Assembly (NCBI GenBank): GCA_030145485.1
Contig: JAQYVP010000084.1
Coordinates: 1,900 to 65,899 of the forward strand
Length of the DNA stretch: 64,000 nucleotides
DNA from: Chromatiales bacterium
GTDB taxonomy: Bacteria > Pseudomonadota > Gammaproteobacteria > Chromatiales > Chromatiaceae
Direction of reading: 5' to 3'
The notes beneath the pieces were generated by a model that was given only the letters and a program-made list of their open reading frames with translations, did no database searches and was not told the origin of the DNA. This document shows, piece by piece, positions 27,464 to 40,143 of the stretch. A program made the position numbers and the translations under genes. Numbering within the stretch: position 1 is the first letter of the stretch; each line of letters starts with the position of its first letter.

Positions 27464-28449
27464 TTATATGCTCCTCAGCACTTCAATGTAGTTTGCCCGT
27501 TCATAGGCTGCAGGGTCCGCGGCATGCTGCTGGCTGACGGAGCCTTTCAGCTGTTCGACGGATTCATACTCACGCTCTTCCATCCATTGCTGCATTTGCA
27601 GGAGAATCGTTGCCAGGTATTCCGGGGAGTTTTTCAGCAGGGTTGCGCACAGGTGGGTGACATCCGCGCCGGCGAGCAGCAGCCGCATGGCGTCATCCGC
27701 GTTGTGGATGCCGCCGGTTGCGGCCAGGGTCAGATCGACCTTGTTGTGCAGCATGGCGATCCAGCGCATTGCCAGCAGTGATTCACCCGAGTGGGAGAGC
27801 TGCAGTTGCGGGGTGACATCGAGACTCTCCAGGTCGATCCCCGGCTGGTAGAAGCGATTGAACAGCGACACGCCGTCGGCGCCTGCTGATTCAAGACGCC
27901 TGACCATGTTGGCGACTGAGCTGAAGTAGGGTGATATCTTGACGACCACCGGAATTTCAAGACAGCATTTGACCGCCTTGAGGGTATCGATATAGCGCTG
28001 CTCCACCTCTTCGCCGCTCTCATCGATATCAGCGGCGACATAGTAGACGTTGAGCTCGAGCGCATCGGCGCCGGTTTGCTGGATTTCGAGGGCGTGATCG
28101 ACCCAACCGCCAGCCGAGACACCGTTGAGGCTGGCAATGACAGGAATATCCAGCGACTGTTTGAGCAGGTTCAGCTGCGCCAGGTAGTTGTCGATGATTG
28201 AACCGTGCTGCTCCGGGAAGGGGCGGTAGCTGTCGGCTTCGGCATGTCCGATATCCTGGTTGTAGAGGAAAGTATCGAAAAGCTCATCCTCGACACGAAT
28301 CTCCTCTTCGAACAGCGAGTACATGACAAGGGCCGATGCGCCGGCGTCCTCGAGGCGTTTTGCAGAGTCAATATGGCGTGACAGCGGTGAGGCGGACGGT
28401 ACCAGCGGGTTTTTCAGTGTCAGTCCAAGGTATTGTGTTGATAGATCCA

Positions 28450-28450
<1 letters not shown>
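27464..28450 (-). CDS. Dihydroorotate dehydrogenase-like TIM-barrel flavoprotein (non-canonical)
   Basis: Class-1 DHOD-like fold. The region that is ELNLSCPN in true DHODs reads ELNVYYVAAD, so there is no catalytic Cys or Ser. The ATG shares one nucleotide with the PFOR TGA. Confidence 0.75.
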
Positions 28451-32046
<3,596 letters not shown>

Positions 32047-32260
32047 TGCGGGAGATCCATGTTTATGCAAAAGCTGAGGTAAAGATGTTAGTCGAAACTG
32101 ACTGTGGCGGCTATTGTTAATACAGTGGTTTCCCTGATTTGAGTCAATGGAAGTGGTGGCCAATATGTTGCTGCCGCAAAGAGTGATTCAGCAACAACCC
32201 CTGAAATGATGATAACTGCTAGAATAGGCGAAATCTGTATCAGGATATCTGTTAAAAATA

Positions 32261-34138
32261 GTGAACGATTCATCACAATCACAACAGTTTACACTGCTGG
32301 AGAACATTAGTGATCCGGTTGAATTGCGCCAGCTCGATGAAGAGCAGCTGCTGCTGTTGTGTGATGAATTGCGTCAATTTCTGATTCATAGCATCTCCAG
32401 AACCGGCGGGCATCTTGGCGCGGGGCTTGGCGTGGTCGAACTGACAGTTGCTTTGCATGCTGTTTTTCAGACACCGGATGACCGCATTGTGTGGGATGTC
32501 GGACACCAGGCCTACCCGCATAAAATTCTTACCGGCAGGCGCGAGATGATGAGCCGCCTGCGCATCAAGGATGGTCTCTCCGGGTTCCCGAGGCGTGAAG
32601 AGTCCTCCTACGATACCTTTGGAACCGGCCACTCGAGTACATCCATCAGCGCCGCACTGGGTATGGCAATTGCCTCCCGTCAGGCGCGCAATAATCGTCA
32701 TGCAATTGCAGTGATTGGTGACGGCGCCCTCACAGGAGGGATGTCATTCGAAGCATTGAACCATGCCGGATCGATCCGTGATATCGATCTGCTGGTGATT
32801 CTCAATGACAATGACATGTCGATTTCCCACCCAGTCGGCGCTGTCAGCACCTATCTTTCGCGTGTGCTCTCGAGCCGCTTTTACAACAAGGTGAAAAACA
32901 AGGGGCGTTCGGTGTTGCAACGTACGCCCAATCTGCGTGATTTTGCCGATCGCTGGGAAGAACACATGAAGGGAATGGTGCTGCCCGGAACACTTTGGGA
33001 GGAGTTGGGTTTCAACTATATTGGCCCGGTTGATGGACATGATTTGCCGATGCTGATGGATACGCTCTCCAATATGAAGACAATGAAAGGTCCGCGTTTT
33101 TTGCATGTTGTCACGCAGAAAGGCAAGGGCTATGAGCCTGCCGAGCAGAAACCGGTCACATTTCACGGTGTGACGCCTTTTAATCCGCTGACAGGAAAAC
33201 TTGAAAAGAAAACCGGAGGCAAGAGTTATACAGAGGTATTCAGTGACTGGATCTGCGTTGCTGCACGTAGCGATGAACGCCTGCATGCAGTGACTCCGGC
33301 AATGTGCGAGGGCTCTGGACTGGTGGCTTTTGCAGAAGAATTTCCGCAGCGTTACCACGACGTCGGTATTGCCGAGCAGCATGCGCTGACATTTGCCGCT
33401 GGCATGGCCTGTGAAGGCCTCAAGCCTGTCGTTGCCATCTATTCGACCTTCCTTCAGCGCGCCTATGACCAACTGATCCACGATGTTGCGCTGCAAAACC
33501 TGGATGTCACATTTGCTGTCGACCGCGCGGGAGAAGTGGGGGCTGATGGCGCCACACATGCCGGGGTTTTTGATTTGAGCTTCAGCAGAACGGTGCCGAA
33601 CATGGTTGTCATGGCGCCAGCGGATGAGGCCGAGTGTCGACGTATGCTGCAGAGCGCCTATGAATATGCGGGGCCGGCGCTGGTGCGTTATCCCCGCGGC
33701 AGTGGCCCGGGCGCGATCGAGGCTGAAGCACTGGAGACCCTGCCGCTTGGTCGGGGCGAGGTGCTGCGCCAGGGAGAGCAGGTTGCCATCCTGGCATTTG
33801 GAAGCATGGTGACTGTGGCGCTGCAGGTGGCGCAAACACTCAATGCGAGTGTTGCCAATATGCGCTTCATCAAGCCACTGGACGAAGAGTTGGTCAAAGA
33901 ACTGGCTTCATCGCATCAGCTACTGGTCTCTATCGAGGAGAACGTGGTACAGGGCGGGGCTGGCTCTGCAATTTCCGAGTACCTCAATCATGCAGGGATT
34001 AGCTGCAGATTGCTGCAGCTGGGGTTGCCCGACTACTTCATTGAACATGCGACGCAACAGCAGCAATTGCAGCAGGCTGGACTCGATGAGCAGGGAATAG
34101 AACGGCAAATCAGGGAGGTGTTGGAGTTGCAGGAGTAG
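32261..34138 (+). CDS. dxs: 1-deoxy-D-xylulose-5-phosphate synthase
   Basis: 625 aa, GTG start. [13 protein letters not shown], the GDGAL.GG TPP motif and a transketolase-like C-terminus. Confidence 0.97.
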   Translation: MNDSSQSQQFTLLENISDPVELRQLDEEQLLLLCDELRQFLIHSISRTGGHLGAGLGVVELTVALHAVFQTPDDRIVWDVGHQAYPHKILTGRREMMSRLRIKDGLSGFPRREESSYDTFGTGHSSTSISAALGMAIASRQARNNRHAIAVIGDGALTGGMSFEALNHAGSIRDIDLLVILNDNDMSISHPVGAVSTYLSRVLSSRFYNKVKNKGRSVLQRTPNLRDFADRWEEHMKGMVLPGTLWEELGFNYIGPVDGHDLPMLMDTLSNMKTMKGPRFLHVVTQKGKGYEPAEQKPVTFHGVTPFNPLTGKLEKKTGGKSYTEVFSDWICVAARSDERLHAVTPAMCEGSGLVAFAEEFPQRYHDVGIAEQHALTFAAGMACEGLKPVVAIYSTFLQRAYDQLIHDVALQNLDVTFAVDRAGEVGADGATHAGVFDLSFSRTVPNMVVMAPADEAECRRMLQSAYEYAGPALVRYPRGSGPGAIEAEALETLPLGRGEVLRQGEQVAILAFGSMVTVALQVAQTLNASVANMRFIKPLDEELVKELASSHQLLVSIEENVVQGGAGSAISEYLNHAGISCRLLQLGLPDYFIEHATQQQQLQQAGLDEQGIERQIREVLELQE

Positions 34139-34150
34139 GGTTTTTAATTG

Positions 34151-34512
34151 TTTTATCCACAGATGAACACAGATACACACGGATTAGTCGATAAATCATG
34201 TGACATCTCAATAGCACCGTGCAGGAAGTAGGATTGGGAGTCTGCATTTCAACGCAGGGGGCGTGGGAACGAGGATGCAGATAGTTACAAAATCCGTAAC
34301 TATTCAGCACCCGTGGGATCGTCACTGCTACAGGGTATATCTTCCGGAAAATGCCGTGAATACATCCATGTAGGCTCGCTTCGGCATCCCTGCCTCCGAC
34401 GTTTCCTCCAGGTACACCCTGTAGCAATGACTCATTTGCTCGTTTTAGAAGATGCTAAATCGTTACCAAAATTCTTTTATCCATGTTTATCTGTGTTCAT
34501 CTGTGGATAATC
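34151..34512. mobile_element. Family C element with about 32-bp terminal inverted repeats and a nested insertion
   Basis: Left end TTATCCACAGATGAACACAGATACACACGGAT. The right end is its reverse complement with 2-3 mismatches. The interior (about 34198-34430) resembles the D/F families (CTCAATAGCACCGTGCAGGAAGTAGGATTGGGA...). Confidence 0.7.
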
Positions 34513-34543
34513 AATCCCCCACCCCGGAGAGTTCGAAATCACG

Positions 34544-34572
34544 AAAAAAGGCGGCATCACAGCCGCCTTTTT
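34544..34572 (-). terminator. Rho-independent terminator of cbbP
   Basis: GGCGGC-6 nt loop-GCCGCC stem flanked by A-run and T-run. On the minus strand the stem is followed by TTTTTT, 22 nt after the stop codon. Confidence 0.8.
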
Positions 34573-34593
34573 CTATGTGGACGCTATCAGTGT

Positions 34594-35466
34594 TTAATGC
34601 GCTTCATCCATCAAATGCTCCATGATCGGAGCGAGGATGATCTCCATGGCAAAGCCCATCTTTCCACCGGGAACAACGATCGAGTTGCGTCGTGACATGA
34701 ACGAATTAGAGATCATGGCGAGCAACGAGGGGAAATGAATATTGAATTTCTGCGGATCAGCAAAGCGGATGACCACGAAACTCTCATCAGGCGTCGGGAT
34801 GTCGCGTGTAATGAAAGGGTGTGATGTATCCACAGTCGGGACACGCTGAAAGTTGATGTCAGTGCGTGAAAACTGAGGGGTGATGTGATTGATGTAATCC
34901 GGCATACGACGCAGGATGGTGTCGACAGTCGCCTCCGCAGAGTAACCACGCTCGGCGGCATCACGATGAATTTTCTGAATCCATTCAAGATTGACGATAG
35001 GCACGACGCCAATACCCAGGTCGACATATTTTGCAGGGTTGTGTTCATCTGTCTTGACAAGCCCGTGCAGGCCTTCATAAAAAAGCAGGTCTGTGCCGGC
35101 GGGAATCTCTTCCCAGGGGGTGAACTCACCGGGGTTTTTATCGATGCCAAGGCGCTCATTGTGCTCGGCGGCCTCTTCGACGCTGTGAAGATAGTAGCGT
35201 TTGGCGCCACCGCCGGTTTTACCATAAACATTGAAAAGCTCTTCGATCTTGTCGAAGCGATTGGCCTCGGGGCCGAAATGGCTGAGATGATCCTCTTCCA
35301 TTTTCACCTTCATCTCTGCACGGTCGTAGCGGTGAAAACTGTCACCTTCAATAACGGCAGGATTGATGTTTTCACGCTCAAAAATATGTTCGAAAGCGCG
35401 TTTAACGGTAGTCGTACCGGCGCCCGAAGATCCGGTTACTGCAACAACGGGGTGCTTCTTAGACAT
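34594..35466 (-). CDS. cbbP: Phosphoribulokinase
   Basis: 290 aa; P-loop VTGSSGAGTTT and overall PRK-family sequence. Confidence 0.93.
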   Translation of the reverse strand: MSKKHPVVAVTGSSGAGTTTVKRAFEHIFERENINPAVIEGDSFHRYDRAEMKVKMEEDHLSHFGPEANRFDKIEELFNVYGKTGGGAKRYYLHSVEEAAEHNERLGIDKNPGEFTPWEEIPAGTDLLFYEGLHGLVKTDEHNPAKYVDLGIGVVPIVNLEWIQKIHRDAAERGYSAEATVDTILRRMPDYINHITPQFSRTDINFQRVPTVDTSHPFITRDIPTPDESFVVIRFADPQKFNIHFPSLLAMISNSFMSRRNSIVVPGGKMGFAMEIILAPIMEHLMDEAH

Positions 35467-35628
35467 ACAAAAGTCCTCTTCTGAAACGGATAAAATGGAG
35501 AGTAAATTGGAAAACAGTCGTGCTTTCCAATGTATTCACAACTAAAAAATTATACCACAATCACAGAGGCAGCTTCCTAGTAATCCAAGTGGCCAACATC
35601 TTTAGAAATAAGTCAAATTTCAAAAATG

Positions 35629-35740
35629 ACTCTCGCAAAGGCGCAAAGCTTCCGCGTCCTGCTAACGCACCTGACCTGCATCCATGTAGGCCAAGCTCGC
35701 CAAGAAAAACCTTTGCATTCTTGGCATCTTGGCGAGAGAA
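35629..35740 (+). repeat. Repeat family G, copy G1 (about 112 bp)
   Basis: TCTCGCAAAG.CGCAAAGCTTCCGCGTCCTGCT.ACGC.CCTGACCT.CATCCATGTAGGCCAAG...CCTTTGC...GCGAGAGAA. Hairpin-forming, with termini in inverted orientation. Confidence 0.8.
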
Positions 35741-35783
35741 AAATGATCTCCTTCATGCCTCGTCAGTCTGAGATATGGTCTCA

Positions 35784-36146
35784 CTAGACAATAATTGCTG
35801 CGATGACATCTCTCTCTTCATCCAGCAGCAGGTTGTAGGTTCTTGCTGCCGCGGCTGAGTGCATGATTTCAACACCAATACCGAGGGAGATCAGTTCGCC
35901 ATAGTGCTGCATTGGTGGAAATACCTGGGTCTCTCCTGTCCCCAATAACAGGATATCCGGATTTCGTTCAGCGATGAACCCGATGTGTTTGGATTGCAAT
36001 TCAGCGATGTCTTCGATTTCCCAGAGGGTGCAGCTTTGCGGGGTGATGATAATGCTGTGCCGATAGCATTGCCCGCTGACGTGAATCTCCCCCGCTTGAT
36101 AACTTTCGATAGCGAATCTACCGCTGTGTATATGGTTAAATTTCAT
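35784..36146 (-). CDS. Mth938/DUF498-family protein (NDUFAF3-like)
   Basis: 120 aa; LLLGTGE and the C-terminal M.SAAAARTYN pattern typical of this family. Confidence 0.6.
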   Translation of the reverse strand: MKFNHIHSGRFAIESYQAGEIHVSGQCYRHSIIITPQSCTLWEIEDIAELQSKHIGFIAERNPDILLLGTGETQVFPPMQHYGELISLGIGVEIMHSAAAARTYNLLLDEERDVIAAIIV

Positions 36147-36238
36147 GAATCTTCAATTTCTGTGTTTACGTGATTGAATTTTTCCGGACACTCCGGTAGT
36201 TTGTCATCTTTCATGCTGATTATATCAAGAGGTTTTGA

Positions 36239-37441
36239 GTGTCTACACCTGAAATGGGAGAGTTTCGCCGTATCAAGCGGCTTCCGCCCTATGTATTTGC
36301 GATAGTAAATGCACTCAAGGCGGAAGCGCGTGCGCGGGGTGAGGACATCATTGATTTTGGCATGGGGAACCCTGATCAGCCGACCCCACAGCATATTGTC
36401 GACAAACTGACGGAGGCGGCGAATCGCAAGGACACGCATCGCTATTCCCAGTCAAAAGGGATACCGCGTCTGCGCAAAGCCATCTGCAACTGGTATAAGA
36501 ATCGCTTTGACGTGGATCTCGATCCTGAAACCCAGGCGATTGTCACTATAGGCTCCAAGGAGGGGTTGGCGCATCTGGCGCTGGCCTGTATGGGGCCGGG
36601 CGACTCTGTGCTGGTACCTAATCCCGCCTATCCCATTCATCCCTGGGGATTTGTTATCTCCGGAGCGGATGTGCGCCACGTTCCGATGACGCCGGACGTC
36701 GATTTTTTCGAAGAGTTGAAAAATGCGATTGTCGACTCCTGGCCGCTGCCGAAGATGCTGGTCATCAACTTCCCCGGAAATCCAACAACCCATTGCGTCG
36801 AACTCGATTTTTTTGAACGCGTTATCGAGATTGCCAAAGAGCACAATATCTGGGTGGTTCATGATATCGCCTATGCAGATATCGTCTTTGATGGTTACAA
36901 GGCGCCATCTATTCTACAGGTTCCCGGGGCAGATGAGATTGCGGTAGAATTCTTTTCTCTCTCCAAGAGTTATAATATGCCGGGCTGGCGCGTTGGCTTT
37001 ATGTGTGGCAACAAGACACTGGTCGGCGCACTGGCGCAGATTAAATCCTATCTCGACTACGGCACTTTCACTCCGATTCAGGTTGCTGCAATTACCGCGC
37101 TCGAGGGGCCGCAGGATTGTGTCGATGAAATCCGCAACATGTATCAGTGTCGGCGTGATGTGTTGTGCGAAGGATTGAATGCGATTGGCTGGAAGGTGGA
37201 AAAGCCGAAGGCAACCATGTTCGTGTGGGCCAGGATTCCGCAACACTACCAGCATCTGGGGTCTCTGGAGTTTTGCAAGAAGCTGATCAGTGACGCGCGG
37301 GTGGCGGTCTCTCCGGGGATAGGCTTCGGCCAGCATGGGGATGATCATGTGCGTTTCAGCCTGATCGAAAATGAACAAAGAACCCGCCAGGCGATGCGCG
37401 GCATTCGTGAAATGTTTCGCCAGGATGGTGTCGATACATAG
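36239..37441 (+). CDS. Class-I PLP aminotransferase (alanine/aspartate aminotransferase type)
   Basis: RLPPYVF, GNPD, NPGNPT and [14 protein letters not shown] (PLP lysine) motifs. GTG at 36239, with an alternative ATG at 36254. Lies upstream of hom, as in many proteobacteria. Confidence 0.85.
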   Translation: MSTPEMGEFRRIKRLPPYVFAIVNALKAEARARGEDIIDFGMGNPDQPTPQHIVDKLTEAANRKDTHRYSQSKGIPRLRKAICNWYKNRFDVDLDPETQAIVTIGSKEGLAHLALACMGPGDSVLVPNPAYPIHPWGFVISGADVRHVPMTPDVDFFEELKNAIVDSWPLPKMLVINFPGNPTTHCVELDFFERVIEIAKEHNIWVVHDIAYADIVFDGYKAPSILQVPGADEIAVEFFSLSKSYNMPGWRVGFMCGNKTLVGALAQIKSYLDYGTFTPIQVAAITALEGPQDCVDEIRNMYQCRRDVLCEGLNAIGWKVEKPKATMFVWARIPQHYQHLGSLEFCKKLISDARVAVSPGIGFGQHGDDHVRFSLIENEQRTRQAMRGIREMFRQDGVDT

Positions 37442-37480
37442 CGAGACCATGTCTCAGTCTGGCAAGGCATGAAAAAAGTT

Positions 37481-37593
37481 TTCTCTCGCAAAGACGCAAA
37501 GCTTCCGCGTCCTGCTTACGCTCCTGACCTACATCCATGTAGGCCAAGAACGCCAGGAAAAACCTTTGCGCCCTTGGCGGTCTTAGCGAGAGA
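37481..37593 (+). repeat. Repeat family G, copy G2
   Basis: Same orientation as G1 and roughly 85-90 percent identical by eye. Lies directly after the aminotransferase stop. Confidence 0.8.
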
Positions 37594-37653
37594 ATTTTTT
37601 GTAAAACCTGACTCATCTGTATAGATGTTGGTCACTCAAGAATTACTAGAGGA

Positions 37654-38967
37654 ATGACGTTGAAGAGAGTAAATATTGGTCTGCTTGGACTGGGAACGGT
37701 CGGTGGTGGAACTCTGAACGTGCTGGTGCGCAATGCAGAGGAGATCAGCAGACGCACTGGCAACGAGCTGCGCGTCACCTGTGCGGCAGCGAAAAGCTAT
37801 GATCCGCAACAGCTGGATGGCATCGCAGATGTCAGCGTCTATGATGATGCACAACAGGTCGTCTCTGATCCTGATGTCGATATCGTGGTGGAATTGATTG
37901 GCGGTTACTCTCCGGCGCGAGAGTTCGTCCTCGAAGCGATTCGTCATGGCAAACATGTTGTGACTGCCAACAAGGCGCTGATCGCCACACATGGCGAAGA
38001 GATCTTTGCGGCTGCGCGTGACAAAGGAGTTACGGTCGCCTTCGAGGCTGCTGTTGCCGGCGGCATTCCGATTATCAAGACGCTGCGTGAGGGACTGGCC
38101 GCCAACCGCATCGAGTGGATTGCCGGCATCATCAACGGCACCGGAAACTTTATCCTCTCGGAGATGCGCGACAAGGGTCGCGATTTTTCTGATGTACTGC
38201 AAGAGGCGCAGCAGCTTGGTTATGCCGAGGTCGATCCGACCTTCGATGTAGAGGGAATCGACGCGGCCCACAAGCTGGCGATCATGGCGTCGCTGGCTTT
38301 CGGCATGCCGCTCAAATTTGATGAAACCTTTACCGAGGGTATCACCAGGATCGAACCTCGCGACGTCACCTATGCCGGTGAACTGGGCTATCGCATCAAG
38401 CATCTTGGCATCACCAAACGCACCGCAGCCGGTGTCGAGCTGCGTGTGCATCCTACCCTGATTCCCGAGGGGCGGCTGCTGGCGAATGTCAATGGAGTCA
38501 TGAATGCTGTGCTGGTAAAGAGCGATATGGTCGGCCCGACTCTCTATTATGGTGCCGGTGCAGGCTCTTTGCCGACAGCATCCGCGGTGGTTGCAGACAT
38601 CATCGATGTCGCACGCACTATGGACTGCCCTGAGAGTCGCGTGCCTTGCCAGGGGTTTCAGGACGGGGCCATAGAGGATATCCCGGTCGTTCCCATGGAT
38701 GAGATTGAAACATCCTATTATCTGCGGCTCAGTGTCAGGGATGTTCCGGGAGTGATGGCCGAGATCTCCACGCTGCTGGCGAATGCCGGTATCAGTATCG
38801 AGGCGATGCACCAGTATGAGTCTCACAGCGAAAATGGCCGCGTGCCACTGGTGATGCTGACTCACCACATGCGTGAAAAAGTCATGAATGAAACCATCCG
38901 GCAGCTGGAGTTACTGGATGTCGTGGAAGGTGAAGTGGTGCGTATCCGTATGGAGCATTTGAGTTAA
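37654..38967 (+). CDS. hom: Homoserine dehydrogenase
   Basis: 437 aa; N-terminal Rossmann GLGTVGGG, catalytic domain and C-terminal ACT domain. Confidence 0.95.
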   Translation: MTLKRVNIGLLGLGTVGGGTLNVLVRNAEEISRRTGNELRVTCAAAKSYDPQQLDGIADVSVYDDAQQVVSDPDVDIVVELIGGYSPAREFVLEAIRHGKHVVTANKALIATHGEEIFAAARDKGVTVAFEAAVAGGIPIIKTLREGLAANRIEWIAGIINGTGNFILSEMRDKGRDFSDVLQEAQQLGYAEVDPTFDVEGIDAAHKLAIMASLAFGMPLKFDETFTEGITRIEPRDVTYAGELGYRIKHLGITKRTAAGVELRVHPTLIPEGRLLANVNGVMNAVLVKSDMVGPTLYYGAGAGSLPTASAVVADIIDVARTMDCPESRVPCQGFQDGAIEDIPVVPMDEIETSYYLRLSVRDVPGVMAEISTLLANAGISIEAMHQYESHSENGRVPLVMLTHHMREKVMNETIRQLELLDVVEGEVVRIRMEHLS

Positions 38968-38998
38968 TCAACCGGCCTGTTAATTATTTCTAAAATTG

Positions 38999-39060
38999 AA
39001 CCACGGAACACACGGAAAAGAAAAACAAGAAATTCCGTGTTGTCTGTGTGTTCCGTGGTT
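38999..39060. repeat. Family B palindromic element (62 bp)
   Basis: AACCACGGAACACACGGAA ... TTCCGTGTTGTCTGTGTGTTCCGTGGTT forms a long imperfect hairpin directly after the hom stop. Its architecture parallels the family A core. Confidence 0.7.
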
Positions 39061-39108
39061 AAAATGTTTTTATATCGCATCCGGCGATGTTGCTGACTTC
39101 GAATCACC

Positions 39109-40065
39109 ATGCTGACCCAGTATATAGTTGCGCCAGGCCTGTTTGAGCCGCCGGATCCCGAATTTGACGGCCATTTTCCCCATCTCGACATGCTCTTGTC
39201 GAGAAGCGATCATCTCGTTGAAAAAGATGACGATTTTGAATCGCTTTTGTGCTCTCACTTTGATGTTGCGCCACCGCCAGAGCAGGATCTTCCATCGGCC
39301 TCGCTGATGTTGTCTGGAGAGGGAGGGGAGTCGCTATCGGACAACTGGGCAGTTGTGGCTCCGGTGCGCCTGCATGTGGATCGGGATCGGCTGCTGCTGA
39401 TTCCGTTGCCACTCGAAGAGATTGAATGCTCGGATGTCGACAGGCTGCGTGAGGCGTTCAATCAGCACTTCAGCGATGACGGGGTTGAATTGATTACAGA
39501 TTTCCCCCGCAACTGGTACCTGCGCCTGCAGCAATCGCGTCAGCTGACAACCTCGTCACTGGCGCAGGTTGCCGGGCGCACTATTGATCCTTTTCTTCCC
39601 GGTGGAGCCGATGCGCGATGGCTGCGCAGGCTGCTGAACGAGTCACAGATGCTGCTGCATAGCCTCGATATTCCAGGTTTCAACAGCCTGTGGATATGGG
39701 GAGTCGGTGAGTTGCCGCAGGTAGTGTGTTGTCCTTTCGGGGAACTCTCGGGTGACAATCTTCTCTTGCGCGGGCTGCAGAACAACGCGGTTTCAGGCTG
39801 TCGGGGCAGAGACCGTATGATGGTTAAGGAAGCACCTCTGCAGGCTGTAGCATCGGGGGATCAGCAGCATTGGTTGCAGGCGATGGAGGATCTTGATGCC
39901 ACTGTCGAAGAACTGATGCAGGAGTTATCCAGAGGCGGCATCCGTAAAATCATCCTCCAGGACGGCAGCGGCAACAGCTTTCATTTTCGCGCATTGATGC
40001 GCTTTCGCCTGTGGCGCAGAGACTTTAATCCTGAACAATCCGTCCGCAAGGGTGTCAAAAAATAG
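39109..40065 (+). CDS. Conserved hypothetical protein
   Basis: 318-aa ORF with normal codon texture and no motif I can name. Lies upstream of mrcB. Confidence 0.5.
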   Translation: MLTQYIVAPGLFEPPDPEFDGHFPHLDMLLSRSDHLVEKDDDFESLLCSHFDVAPPPEQDLPSASLMLSGEGGESLSDNWAVVAPVRLHVDRDRLLLIPLPLEEIECSDVDRLREAFNQHFSDDGVELITDFPRNWYLRLQQSRQLTTSSLAQVAGRTIDPFLPGGADARWLRRLLNESQMLLHSLDIPGFNSLWIWGVGELPQVVCCPFGELSGDNLLLRGLQNNAVSGCRGRDRMMVKEAPLQAVASGDQQHWLQAMEDLDATVEELMQELSRGGIRKIILQDGSGNSFHFRALMRFRLWRRDFNPEQSVRKGVKK

Positions 40066-40143
40066 CTAAAAAGAGTATCATTGTTTGCTTATTTTGCTCG
40101 CGTTGCAGCTTGTCACCTCTGCTGTAGATCCGGAAATCTCATC

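Noticed and set aside
32744-33835. 363-aa ORF antisense to dxs, plus 262/263-aa ORFs at 40417-41205 and 41467-42258 antisense to mrcB
   Set aside because: For the same reason, these are shadow ORFs opposite well-supported genes.
34151-34512. Replication origin suggested by two perfect DnaA boxes
   Set aside because: There are only two strong boxes, and both are part of the inverted termini of a repeat element. There is no AT-rich unwinding element with 13-mers and no dnaA/dnaN/gid/par context. The region lies between dxs and cbbP.
37636-38868. 410-aa ORF antisense to homoserine dehydrogenase
   Set aside because: It lies entirely within and opposite a gene with clear family motifs. It is rich in Arg, His, Gln and Cys and shows no domain signature, which is typical of shadow ORFs in GC-rich DNA.
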